Assembly (NCBI GenBank): GCA_042569595.1
Contig: JBHPHI010000002.1
Coordinates: 2,590-66,589, forward strand
DNA from: Patescibacteria group bacterium
GTDB taxonomy: Bacteria; Patescibacteriota; Microgenomatia; UBA1400; 2-01-FULL-45-11
Direction: 5' to 3'
DNA length: 64,000 nucleotides
In this document: positions 1 through 9,608 of the stretch, piece after piece
How positions within the stretch are numbered: position 1 is the first letter of the stretch
Layout: each line of letters begins with the position of its first letter
Program-made: the position numbers and the translations under genes
The notes under the pieces: model-generated
What the model was told of the DNA's origin: nothing
The model's input: only the letters and a program-made list of their open reading frames with translations
Databases searched by the model: none

Positions 1-990
1 TTTCTTATGAGTTTTCCATAAAGACTTTATGGAGTGTTGCTCTCGCGCAATTTCTTCATCCTGCCAAGTAGGTAAATGAACTCCATTTGTTATACCTACC
101 CAACTGTATTCTGGCCATATATTTTTTGATAATTCATAATGAACTTTACTTACAGCAGAGGCTTTTCTAGAAGTATTTAGGGCAAATTCTGTCAAGCTAA
201 ATTTGCTGGTAGATTTATCTATCCCATCGCTTAAAAGCTCATCAATTGAGACACCCATTTTTTCCGCATAATATTGACCGTAATTTCTAAGAATTTCAGA
301 ATCATATGCTTGATTTCCCGCGCGGACCAATGTGTGGTTTGTGTATACAGTTGAAGATTTTGCTTTTTCTTTTGCTTCTTCATAGCTCATTCCATTTCTA
401 TCCATAAATTTTCTAATGAGTTGCCAATGAAGAAAGGCTGGGCGACCCTCATTTACATGAAAAATCCTAGGTTCAATATTTAAGGAAGTTAAAAGTTTGA
501 CTCCACCAATCCCAAGCACAAGCTGTTGTTTTATTAGAGATTCTTCACTGCCAAAATACAGTGCATGTGCAATCCCTCGATCTTCCACTGCGTTTTGGTC
601 AGTGTAGGTATCAAGAAGGTAGAGTGTGGATTTATTTACTGTTCTTTTCCAAACTCTAGCCCAAACATCTTGAGTGGTTAAATGAACACGAACAAATAGT
701 GGTTGATCAGGATCATCAGCATCGTATACATGCTCAAACCCACTTGAGACGGGATCAATCTCTACATCTTTTTCTGTTTGCCACCCATGAGCATCAAGAA
801 TTTGTTTTGCATTCCCACCGCGATACATTAAACCAACAGCTACAAAGGGAAGGGATTGGTCAGCAGCGGCTTTTACGGTATCTCCAGCCAAAACACCCAG
901 CCCTCCTGCGTATAAGGGCAGGTCTGATTTGAAGCCATACTCAGCACAAAAATACGCAACCGGTTTATCGGAGGACAGATCCCGATACAT
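1..990 (-). CDS. glgP: alpha-glucan (glycogen/maltodextrin) phosphorylase, GT35; N-terminal part only, gene runs off the window start
   Basis: Minus-strand translation from the ATG at 990..988 (SD AAAGGAG upstream) reads MYRDLSSDKPVAYFCAEYGF...LPLYAGGLGVLAGD...HVNEGRPAF. These are hallmark N-terminal motifs of the glycogen phosphorylase family. The frame stays open to position 1. It is not in the ORF track because it is partial. Confidence 0.8.
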   Translation of the reverse strand, partial: MYRDLSSDKPVAYFCAEYGFKSDLPLYAGGLGVLAGDTVKAAADQSLPFVAVGLMYRGGNAKQILDAHGWQTEKDVEIDPVSSGFEHVYDADDPDQPLFVRVHLTTQDVWARVWKRTVNKSTLYLLDTYTDQNAVEDRGIAHALYFGSEESLIKQQLVLGIGGVKLLTSLNIEPRIFHVNEGRPAFLHWQLIRKFMDRNGMSYEEAKEKAKSSTVYTNHTLVRAGNQAYDSEILRNYGQYYAEKMGVSIDELLSDGIDKSTSKFSLTEFALNTSRKASAVSKVHYELSKNIWPEYSWVGITNGVHLPTWQDEEIAREQHSIKSLWKTHKK

Positions 991-1080
991 AGTCTCCTTT
1001 AAATATACTAATTCAAGCTAACACGAAACGATTTGTCCTGGCAAGGTAAAAACAAATATTTTTGAGTTATACTAGTAATC

Positions 1081-1761
1081 ATGATTAGACAAAAAACAAA
1101 AAATTTTACAAAATCGCAGCTATTAATAATCTTATTTGCCTTGATTGGAATAGTATTTTTTGCTATTTCAAAACCAAGAAAATCAGAAAAATCCAATCAA
1201 AATTTCAAAATGAATCGTCATTTTCAAAATTTTGTATTTTTTAATACTGAGGTGATTGGGAATCAAGACAGAACACAGATATACATACCCTTCTCTTTTG
1301 AGAAAAAACACATAGATCTTTGGTTTGGATACTACTTGGAGGAAAAACAGCCAAAAGAATGGCTTATATACCATCCACAACTTTTTAATTTGAGTTGGGA
1401 TAAGATTTTAGAAAATGAAATAAGTTTGTATCAAAAAGAAAAAAAATATGAATCCGTAAAAGATTTTTTAGAAAATCCTAGTGGGGAAATATACGCAGAC
1501 ACATACATTATTGGGGAATATGAAAGACTGGATGCAAAACCTCTTTATACTGATTTAAACCTTGAAGAAATTGATTACATTATCACAACAGAGATTCCAG
1601 TAAGGTTTGATAATGGAACGTTTTATTATGAAAACATAATCAATTCTACAGAAGCGGTAAGGAACAGTGATGATCAGGTAAAATGGTACATCAGAGCTCC
1701 CTCGGCAACAGAAGATAATGCTTTTTATCTAGGAAACATAGACATTACTTATTTACAATAA
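1081..1761 (+). CDS. hypothetical membrane-anchored protein
   Basis: 226-aa ORF with an N-terminal TM helix (LLIILFALIGIVFFAI). It sits between glgP and glgA, and its stop is 2 nt before the glgA start. Confidence 0.5.
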   Translation: MIRQKTKNFTKSQLLIILFALIGIVFFAISKPRKSEKSNQNFKMNRHFQNFVFFNTEVIGNQDRTQIYIPFSFEKKHIDLWFGYYLEEKQPKEWLIYHPQLFNLSWDKILENEISLYQKEKKYESVKDFLENPSGEIYADTYIIGEYERLDAKPLYTDLNLEEIDYIITTEIPVRFDNGTFYYENIINSTEAVRNSDDQVKWYIRAPSATEDNAFYLGNIDITYLQ

Positions 1762-1762
1762 A

Positions 1763-3178
1763 ATGCGAATTTTATACGCAGCAGATGAGGCATATCCACT
1801 CTTCAAAATTGGTGGACTTGGAGATGTTGCAGGCACCTTACCCAAAGAGTTAAAAAACCAAGCAACTGATATTTCTATTATTATCCCAGGACATCCAGAG
1901 ATATCTTTATTAGGACAAAACTGGACAGAAGAAAATAGTTTTAATGTAAATTACGACAATGAAGACTTAAGAATAAAAATCGTAAAAGGTTTGCTTCCGG
2001 AAACAAACATTCCTGTATTTCTAGTTCAGGAAAACAAATATATTTCCCAGAAAACAGATGCTTCAGATAATCATGCAGATAAATTTACGGTGTTTTCTTT
2101 TGCTGTAAGCAAGTGGCTTTCATTGATTGAAAATAAGTTCGATATTATTCATTTAAACGACTGGCACACAGCACTCATACCAGTAATCAGCGCTCATATA
2201 TACGAAGAGAAGGAGCAAAAGTATTTATTAACAATTCACAATTTAATGTACCAAGGAGCTACAAGCACTCCTATTCTTCAAAAACTTAGACTGCCTAAAG
2301 AGAAATGCCATATATTAAAATGGGACTCTCAAGACGACCACATAAACATATTACTGGAAGGACTATTGCATGTTGATGCAATCAATACCGTCAGCAAGAA
2401 CTATGTAAAAGAAATATTGACTAGCGAATACGGGGAGCGAATCGAGAAGATTATAAAAACTAGGAAGAGAGATCTATTTGGTATTTTAAATGGATTAGAT
2501 ACAACTGTTTTTGATCCAAAAATTGATAAACACATATACCAAAATTTTGACGTCAACACACATATAGAAGGTAAAAAAAACAACAAATCAAAACTACAAC
2601 AAGAACTGAGATTAGAACAAGATACAGGCAAAGTATTGCTGGGTTTTGTTGGTAGGGTGGATCCAGGACAAAAAGGAGTTCAATTAATAATTGAGGCCTT
2701 AAATCAGAGAAAATTAATTTCAGACAACCTACAATTTGTTTTTTTAGGAACAGGAGATCCAGATTTAGAAACACAACTACACCAAGTTTCACAAGATAGA
2801 CGCAACGTCAGAGTGATTACAAGGTATGATGAGCCTTTAGCAGCAAAAATTTACGCGGCGTCTGATCTTTTTATTATTCCATCAAGATTTGAACCATGCG
2901 GCCTTATTCAATTAATTGCCATGAAATACGGTTCTATTCCAATTGCAAGGAGTACAGGTGGCCTAAAAGATACAATAAGACACCAAGAAACCGGGTTTTT
3001 ATTCAACGAATATTCAACTGAAGCAATGGTTAATTCATTAAATGAGGCTATAGAGACAATAAAGAACGAAAACACAAAAAATGAAATGATAACAAGAGGG
3101 ATGAGGCAAGATTTTTCATGGGTTAAATCAGCAAAAGAATATATTTCTTTATACAAAAAAATCCTAGAGAATAAGTAA
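1763..3178 (+). CDS. glgA: glycogen synthase (GT5)
   Basis: MRILYAADEAYPLFKIGGLGDV shows the KIGGLGDV ADP-glucose-binding motif. Length is 471 aa. The C-terminal part has a GT-B fold with STGGL. Confidence 0.9.
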   Translation: MRILYAADEAYPLFKIGGLGDVAGTLPKELKNQATDISIIIPGHPEISLLGQNWTEENSFNVNYDNEDLRIKIVKGLLPETNIPVFLVQENKYISQKTDASDNHADKFTVFSFAVSKWLSLIENKFDIIHLNDWHTALIPVISAHIYEEKEQKYLLTIHNLMYQGATSTPILQKLRLPKEKCHILKWDSQDDHINILLEGLLHVDAINTVSKNYVKEILTSEYGERIEKIIKTRKRDLFGILNGLDTTVFDPKIDKHIYQNFDVNTHIEGKKNNKSKLQQELRLEQDTGKVLLGFVGRVDPGQKGVQLIIEALNQRKLISDNLQFVFLGTGDPDLETQLHQVSQDRRNVRVITRYDEPLAAKIYAASDLFIIPSRFEPCGLIQLIAMKYGSIPIARSTGGLKDTIRHQETGFLFNEYSTEAMVNSLNEAIETIKNENTKNEMITRGMRQDFSWVKSAKEYISLYKKILENK

Positions 3179-3181
3179 GAG

Positions 3182-4708
3182 ATGTTGGCAAAAATTAATT
3201 CAGCTGCCACGATCGGCTTAGATGGAGTATTAATAGATGTAGAGGTTGATGTTGCCTCAAGGGGCCTACCTAGTCTTTCAATAGTTGGTCTTCCAGACAA
3301 GGCCGTGGAGGAAGCAAAAGACAGGGTAAGAACAGCTTTGCATAATGTGGGCACTCAATTTCCCCCTAAAAAAATAACAATTAATCTAGCCCCTGCCGAT
3401 ATTCCAAAAGAAGGTCCGGGATACGACTTGCCGATTGCAGTGGGGATTCTTTTAGCAGCCGGAGAGTTTGATGCAAGAGTAGACAACTCAATTTTTGTAG
3501 GGGAGTTATCGCTTGATGGATCAGTTAGGCACGCAAAAGGAATACTTCCTATTGTGTTAACAGCAAAAAAATATGGAATAAAAAAAATGTATATTCCAAA
3601 ATCGAATGCAAGAGAAGCGGCTGTAATTAGGGATATAGAAATATTTCCAGTGAATTCTTTAAAAGAATTAATCAATCATCTTACGAACGTAGTGCCGATC
3701 TTACCTCAAAAGCAGATTGAATTTGTCAGTATAGTTAGGGAAGAAAAATCTGATTTTGATATGTGTGATGTTCATGGGCAAGAGCAGGCAAAAAGGGCTT
3801 TAGAAATTGCGGCTGCTGGGGGTCACAATGTATTTATGAACGGCGCTCCAGGGTCTGGAAAAACTATGTTAGCCAGAACATTTCCCACAATATTACCAAG
3901 CCTCACGGAAAAAGAATCTTTAGAAGTGACAAGGATCTATTCAATTACTGGAAGTATAAGTTCTGGGAAAACCCTAATTACCAACAGACCATTTAGAAGC
4001 CCTCATCACACCACTAGTAGGATTGGGCTAATTGGAGGAGGAGCAAAGCCAAAACCAGGAGAAATATCATTAGCTCACAGAGGAGTGCTTTTCTTGGACG
4101 AGTTTCCAGAGTTTCCAAGACACGTTTTGGAGAGCTTAAGACAACCAATTGAAGACGGGTATGTTCAAATATCTAGAGCTGCTGGAACTGTTGTGTTTCC
4201 TACAAAGTTCACTTTAATAGCGGCTGCGAACCCATGTCCATGTGGGTATTTTTTGTCAAAAAAAAGAGAATGTAAATGCTTGTCCGGAAACATTAATAGA
4301 TATCAAAAGAAAGTCTCGGGGCCAATTATTGATAGAATTGACCTTCATGTTCAAGTTTCAGAGGTCGAAATATCAAAATTATCAAAAGAAAACACAAATA
4401 CTGAAAAGTCTGCAGAAATAAGAAACAGAGTTGAAAAATCAAGATTAATGCAGCTTGATAGGTATAGTGGAATTAGTGTTATTTATAATTCTGAACTGAG
4501 CACAAAACAAGTAAAAATATTTTGCAAACTTGAAAAAGACGTAAGAGCTTTATTAACAGAAGCAACAGCAAAACTAGGCCTCACTGCAAGAAGTTATTTT
4601 AAGATAATTAAAATCTCCAGAACAATAGCCGATTTAGATGGGGAAGGTCAAATTAAGGCCAATCATATTGCAGAAGCTTTACAATATAGACCACAGCAAC
4701 AAAATTAA
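3182..4708 (+). CDS. comM: Mg-chelatase-like AAA+ ATPase, YifB/ComM family
   Basis: N-terminal Lon-like domain (GLPSLSIVGLPDKAVEEAKDRV), Walker A (GAPGSGKT) and a C-terminal MCM/ChlI-like region. Length is 508 aa. Confidence 0.8.
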   Translation: MLAKINSAATIGLDGVLIDVEVDVASRGLPSLSIVGLPDKAVEEAKDRVRTALHNVGTQFPPKKITINLAPADIPKEGPGYDLPIAVGILLAAGEFDARVDNSIFVGELSLDGSVRHAKGILPIVLTAKKYGIKKMYIPKSNAREAAVIRDIEIFPVNSLKELINHLTNVVPILPQKQIEFVSIVREEKSDFDMCDVHGQEQAKRALEIAAAGGHNVFMNGAPGSGKTMLARTFPTILPSLTEKESLEVTRIYSITGSISSGKTLITNRPFRSPHHTTSRIGLIGGGAKPKPGEISLAHRGVLFLDEFPEFPRHVLESLRQPIEDGYVQISRAAGTVVFPTKFTLIAAANPCPCGYFLSKKRECKCLSGNINRYQKKVSGPIIDRIDLHVQVSEVEISKLSKENTNTEKSAEIRNRVEKSRLMQLDRYSGISVIYNSELSTKQVKIFCKLEKDVRALLTEATAKLGLTARSYFKIIKISRTIADLDGEGQIKANHIAEALQYRPQQQN

Positions 4709-4717
4709 AATTACAAA

Positions 4718-6274
4718 ATGAGAAATTTTTTTAAACACCATAGATTACTTTTATTAAGCTTGGCAATAATCACAGTTATTTTTTGGCAAATAACTAACGG
4801 GGAGTTCGTTTGGGATGACTATTATTTTATTGTTGGTTGGGAAGAAATTAAAAATCCACTAGAAAACTTTGGAAAACTTTTATCAGGAAATATTCCAATT
4901 GCAGAGGGAAAAATTTATCGTCCTTTAAGAAGCATTTTTTATTCTATTAGCTACAAGTTTTGGGGAGAAAACCCGACAGGATACAAGGTGCAGGCGCTCA
5001 TTGTTCATTTAATTTCTGCAGCAGTTTGTTATTTTACTTCACTAAAAATACTAAAAAACAAAAAACAATCAACAATATCTAGCATATTATTTGGAATTCA
5101 CCCTATGGTAGTGGAGGCTGTTGCCTTTACTACTGCAAGTTTTGACACCATAGGAAACATGTTCTTTTTAATATCTTTCTACACTTATCTAATCAGCAAA
5201 AACAAAAAAACAACAGTGCTTAAAAAAATATCATATATCAGCGCATTTATCGCTTTTTTTACAAATGAACTTACTCTTACCCTCCCACTGATAATTATCA
5301 TTTATGACATGGTTATGGAAAAAAATTCATTCAAGAATATTAAAAAAATGTTCTCAACATATAAACCATATTTAATTATTAACGGATCATATTGGCTTAC
5401 TAGAGTATTTGTAAAAGTTAGTTCGGCTGAAAAAGAGTATAGAATACTAGGGTCTCTGTATTCTTCAAGTTTGGTCATGGTTAGGGCAGTTGTCAAATAT
5501 ATTCAATTATTGTTATTTCCTATTAGATCTACCAACAATCATGTTGTATACAGGAATGTGACCAATCTTTATCATGCAGATTTTAATTTTCCAGAAAACA
5601 ACTTTATTCCAGACATTCTAGATCCAGAAATTTTATTAAGCGGATTAGTAATTATTTTACTAATTCTCTTTTCTATCAAATTCTCTAAAAAACTATCAGT
5701 AACTTCTTTTTCTTTATTAACAATTCTAATTTCACTAACTCCAGTACTTCAGATTTTCCCCTCACAAACCGTGTTTGCAGAAAGATACTTATATATAGCA
5801 ATTTTCTTTTTTAGCATTCTCTTGGTGGATCTACTATTCAGAATTAAACAAAAAGAATTATCCTCCATGTTAATAATTGTAATAATTTTGTTTTTTTCGA
5901 TTAAATCTGAAAAAAACATAAATACATGGAAAACTCGAAAATCTCTTTGGCTAAACGCAAATAAATACACTCCACAAAGCGCAATGACAGCAGTAAATAT
6001 TGGGCTAATAGAGTATGTAAGTGGCAATCATGAGGTCGGCATCTCCATGTTAGAAAAAGCAATAGACTTAAATCCGAACAATTTTTTTGCTAGAAAAAAA
6101 TTAGCGTATCTATATTTAGATCAAGAAAATATTGAATTAGCAATCAAGCAATATAATATATTAATAAAAAGAAATCCAGACAAAAATGTAGCCCTCAAGA
6201 CAGTCGGAGATATTTTTAAATCTGAAGGATATCCACAAATTGCGGAACAATACTATCAAAAAATAATAAACTAA
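4718..6274 (+). CDS. GT-C family (PMT/TMTC-like) membrane glycosyltransferase with C-terminal TPR repeats
   Basis: Multi-TM N-terminal part with a first-loop acidic motif (EFVWDDYYF). The C-terminal roughly 120 aa are TPR-like (AVNIGLIEYVSGNHEVGISMLEKAIDLNPNN...). Confidence 0.55.
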   Translation: MRNFFKHHRLLLLSLAIITVIFWQITNGEFVWDDYYFIVGWEEIKNPLENFGKLLSGNIPIAEGKIYRPLRSIFYSISYKFWGENPTGYKVQALIVHLISAAVCYFTSLKILKNKKQSTISSILFGIHPMVVEAVAFTTASFDTIGNMFFLISFYTYLISKNKKTTVLKKISYISAFIAFFTNELTLTLPLIIIIYDMVMEKNSFKNIKKMFSTYKPYLIINGSYWLTRVFVKVSSAEKEYRILGSLYSSSLVMVRAVVKYIQLLLFPIRSTNNHVVYRNVTNLYHADFNFPENNFIPDILDPEILLSGLVIILLILFSIKFSKKLSVTSFSLLTILISLTPVLQIFPSQTVFAERYLYIAIFFFSILLVDLLFRIKQKELSSMLIIVIILFFSIKSEKNINTWKTRKSLWLNANKYTPQSAMTAVNIGLIEYVSGNHEVGISMLEKAIDLNPNNFFARKKLAYLYLDQENIELAIKQYNILIKRNPDKNVALKTVGDIFKSEGYPQIAEQYYQKIIN

Positions 6275-6275
6275 A

Positions 6276-7334
6276 ATGAATTCTGAGAAAGAAAAAGAAA
6301 AAAACATCAACATTTTTTTAATTATTTTCATTGCAATATTTTCATCCCTAATAACATTTTTAATTTCTTATTTTCTTTTCAACAAAAATTCAATAATATC
6401 TCCAATTGGAGACGCAATCACCCAGATTATTGAAAGAGAAAAACTCTTAGAAAAATACTCATTTGAAAATTTAGCAAATTCACCGATCAATAAAAGTGAG
6501 ATAGTTTTAGGAGAAATAATTAAAGAAGAAGAAAGGCATAGTTCATATAATTTTTTTATCGAAGTTGAGGGTCAAAAGGTGTCTGGTCAGATCAATATTC
6601 CAAAAATCCAAAATCCAACCAACGGGTTTCCAGTGCTGGTAATGAATAGGGGGTTTATTGATCCTGAAATATATCAAACAGGTATGGGAACAAAAAATGC
6701 TGCAGGGTATTTTGCAAGAAATGGGTTTATCACAATAGCCCCAGACTTTTTAGGATTTGGTGAATCTGATCAAGAAGACGCAAATCCAATGGCAGCCAGA
6801 GTTAAAAAACCTGTAACTACAATTACAATTTTAAATTCAATTTCATCTTTGAATCAATTTACAAAAGCTGACAGAAACAACATTTTTATGTGGGGACATA
6901 GTAATGGCGGGCAAATATCTCTTTCAGTATTAGAAATTTTAGGAAAGTCTCCATATTGGAATAAAGAGATTCCCACAACATTATGGGCCCCTGTAAGCAA
7001 GGGGTTTCCATACAATATTTTGTACTATACCGACGATGGAGATTATGGGAAAGCGCTAAGGAAGGTGTTGTTTGAGTTTGAATTAGATTACGACACTGAT
7101 AAGTACTCAATTCACAAATATTTCGATTGGGTAAACTCTCCTATTCAAATTCATCAGGGAACAAGTGATATATTTATCCCCACGTCATGGTCAGATGATC
7201 TAGTAAAGAAGCTAAAAGAAAATGAAATAAAAGTGAAATATTACAAGTATCAAGGGGCCGATCATAACCTAAAACCTAGTTGGGGGGTTGTGGTAGAAAG
7301 AGACTTGGTCTTTTTTAAATCTTATATACAATAA
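6276..7334 (+). CDS. alpha/beta hydrolase (dienelactone hydrolase / S9-like), membrane anchored
   Basis: N-terminal TM helix, GHSNGG nucleophile elbow (GxSxG), and Asp/His downstream. Confidence 0.55.
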   Translation: MNSEKEKEKNINIFLIIFIAIFSSLITFLISYFLFNKNSIISPIGDAITQIIEREKLLEKYSFENLANSPINKSEIVLGEIIKEEERHSSYNFFIEVEGQKVSGQINIPKIQNPTNGFPVLVMNRGFIDPEIYQTGMGTKNAAGYFARNGFITIAPDFLGFGESDQEDANPMAARVKKPVTTITILNSISSLNQFTKADRNNIFMWGHSNGGQISLSVLEILGKSPYWNKEIPTTLWAPVSKGFPYNILYYTDDGDYGKALRKVLFEFELDYDTDKYSIHKYFDWVNSPIQIHQGTSDIFIPTSWSDDLVKKLKENEIKVKYYKYQGADHNLKPSWGVVVERDLVFFKSYIQ

Positions 7335-7342
7335 TTGTTCAT

Positions 7343-8080
7343 ATGAAAAAAGTGAAAAAAAAGAGCAACATAATTGTTCTCAACAAATTTTTAGCCTTGA
7401 ATGCCGAGATATCAAGAAGAGAAGCCGACAAGGAAATAAAATCTGGAAGAGTAAGGGTAAATGAAAAAATAATAAAAACTCCCCACACCAGAGTAAATAT
7501 AGATACGGACAAAGTTTTGATAAAAGACAAAACAGTTATTGCAATAAAAAATCCACGAAAATATTACTTATTAAACAAGCCCTCTCAAACAGTTTCTTCC
7601 ACAAAAAGCGATTCCTCAGGACTGCCACCAATTACATCGTTTGTAAAATCAAAATCTAGACTTTTTCCAGTGGGAAGGCTCGACATAGACTCAGAGGGAT
7701 TGATTATTCTCACAAATGATGGAGATGTTGCATACAAACTGTCTCATCCCAAACACCAGATTGAAAAAGAGTACCTTGTCGTCATTGAGGGAAGTATTTC
7801 GGAAAACAAACTATCTAGCCTTGAAAAAGGAGTGTTGCTTTCTGGAAAATTGACAAAACCATGCAGAATAGACGTATTAAGACAAACAAAATCAGGAGGA
7901 ACTTTAAAGTTTATTTTAAAAGAAGGAAAACACAGGCAAGTAAGAAGAATGTGTTCTAGCGTAGATTTACATGTAATCGGATTAAGAAGAGTTAGGATTG
8001 GAAGTATTAAAATTGGGAACCTAAAAACGGGAAAATACAGAAAACTAAGCGACGAAGAAATTAAAACACTAAGTATTTAA
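7343..8080 (+). CDS. rluB: rRNA pseudouridine synthase, RsuA/RluB family with S4 domain
   Basis: S4 motif (LNKFLALNAEISRREADKEIKSGRVRVN) and catalytic GRLDIDSEGLIILTNDG. Confidence 0.8.
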   Translation: MKKVKKKSNIIVLNKFLALNAEISRREADKEIKSGRVRVNEKIIKTPHTRVNIDTDKVLIKDKTVIAIKNPRKYYLLNKPSQTVSSTKSDSSGLPPITSFVKSKSRLFPVGRLDIDSEGLIILTNDGDVAYKLSHPKHQIEKEYLVVIEGSISENKLSSLEKGVLLSGKLTKPCRIDVLRQTKSGGTLKFILKEGKHRQVRRMCSSVDLHVIGLRRVRIGSIKIGNLKTGKYRKLSDEEIKTLSI

Positions 8081-8928
8081 TCTACTATTTTTTGAAAATT
8101 TTCTATATCTATTTTTCTAGGTCCACTCTTATTTTCTCCAGGAACCTCCAACAAAAATGGAAGGCTTGAAAAGGTAGGGTGATTTGTAAACAAGCGAAAT
8201 CCATCTTCTCCAATCATTCCTTCCCCAACATTTTCGTGTCTATCTCTATTGCTTGACAGCTCCACCTTTGAGTCGTTGATATGGACAACTTTTATCAAAT
8301 CAACACCTAGGGTATTTTTAATTTTATCTACCGTGTTTTCAAGCGATTTTTCACTTCTCACATCAAGCCCGCTAGCAAAACCATGTTGAGTGTCATAACA
8401 AACACCCAACTTCCTCTTTAACTCATCAGACGAAATAGAGTCATATATATAGCGAAGATCTTCTAGGTTTGATCCAATTATTCCCTTTTGTCCTGCAGCA
8501 TTTTCCAAAAACAACATTACATCGTCAGGAGTTTTTGATAGAACTTTTTCTACTGCACCAGCAATCTGTTTCTTTACAGCATCAAAACCTCTTCCCTTAT
8601 GGCTTCCAATATGAAAAATTGTTCCCTCCCCATTTATTTTTTTAGAAAACTTTTGATAAAAAAGCAGTGATTCAATACTAGCCTCTACATACTCTTGACT
8701 CTCATGTGCTAAGTTAATCAAATACACTCCATGAAAAAAATGAGAACCCATCTTGTTTTCAGACTTTTTCTGAAGATATTTATCTATCACCGAAGCTTCA
8801 AAATCTTTAGTTTTTAAAGATCTTGGAGAAGAAGCAAAGGTTTGAAGACAGTTTGCGCCAATATTAACAGCTCTATCTATAGATTTATCAAAACCTCCTG
8901 CTATAGATACATGTCCTCCAATTTTCAT
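8077..8928 (-). CDS. nfo: endonuclease IV (AP endonuclease, Xyl_iso TIM barrel)
   Basis: MKIGGHVSIAGGFDKSIDRAVNIGANCLQTFASSPRS is the typical Nfo N-terminus. HGVYLINLA and ENAAGQ motifs are present. Confidence 0.85.
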   Translation of the reverse strand: MKIGGHVSIAGGFDKSIDRAVNIGANCLQTFASSPRSLKTKDFEASVIDKYLQKKSENKMGSHFFHGVYLINLAHESQEYVEASIESLLFYQKFSKKINGEGTIFHIGSHKGRGFDAVKKQIAGAVEKVLSKTPDDVMLFLENAAGQKGIIGSNLEDLRYIYDSISSDELKRKLGVCYDTQHGFASGLDVRSEKSLENTVDKIKNTLGVDLIKVVHINDSKVELSSNRDRHENVGEGMIGEDGFRLFTNHPTFSSLPFLLEVPGENKSGPRKIDIENFQKIVD

Positions 8929-8997
8929 AAAAGCAGCATATCATAGTGGGGTAGAATACAGTTACTAATAAGATATTTTAAAAAATATTAAGAAAAA

Positions 8998-9591
8998 ATG
9001 AAAAAAATATTATTTGCTAGTAACAATCAAGGAAAAATAAGAGAAGTTGTAAAAATACTATCAAATCTAGGTATTAAGATTATGACTCCAGATCAAGTTT
9101 TTAATAAAAAAATTGACGTGATTGAGGACGGAACTACCTTTGAAGAAAATGCATATAAAAAAGCCAAAGAAATGGGCGACAAGAGCAATTTAATTACTAT
9201 TGCGGACGATTCGGGTTTGGAGGTAGATGAATTGAAAGGAGAGCCTGGAGTGTATTCAGCTCGATATGACGAAACAACTGAAAAGCGAAATCAGAAAGTT
9301 TTAAATAATTTAGCAAGTGCCCCAAAAGAAAGAAGAATAGCAAGGTATAAAATTGCAATTTGCATATATGATCCTCAAACAAAAAATCATGAAACAGTTT
9401 TTGGATCCTGTGAGGGCATAATTACGCAAAAACCAGTAGGAGACAATGGTTTTGGGTACGACCCAATTTTTTATTCAGAAGAGTTGGGAAAAACCTTCGG
9501 ACAAGCTTCAGATCTAGAAAAAAACAAAATCTCTCACAGAAAAATAGCTTTAGAAAAACTAAAAAACATTCTTCCAACTTATATAAAGTGA
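8998..9591 (+). CDS. rdgB: non-canonical purine NTP pyrophosphatase (Ham1/RdgB)
   Basis: MKKILFASNNQGKIREV and FGYDPIF motifs. Length is 197 aa. Confidence 0.85.
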   Translation: MKKILFASNNQGKIREVVKILSNLGIKIMTPDQVFNKKIDVIEDGTTFEENAYKKAKEMGDKSNLITIADDSGLEVDELKGEPGVYSARYDETTEKRNQKVLNNLASAPKERRIARYKIAICIYDPQTKNHETVFGSCEGIITQKPVGDNGFGYDPIFYSEELGKTFGQASDLEKNKISHRKIALEKLKNILPTYIK

Positions 9592-9608
9592 AAAAAGCAA
9601 AACTTAAT

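Noticed and set aside
699-932. Plus-strand 77-aa ORF
   Set aside because: It is entirely inside the minus-strand glgP coding region and antisense to it.
2401-3675. Several minus-strand ORFs (2401..2631, 2553..2792, 2908..3354, 3355..3675)
   Set aside because: They are antisense to well-supported glgA and comM and are low-complexity.
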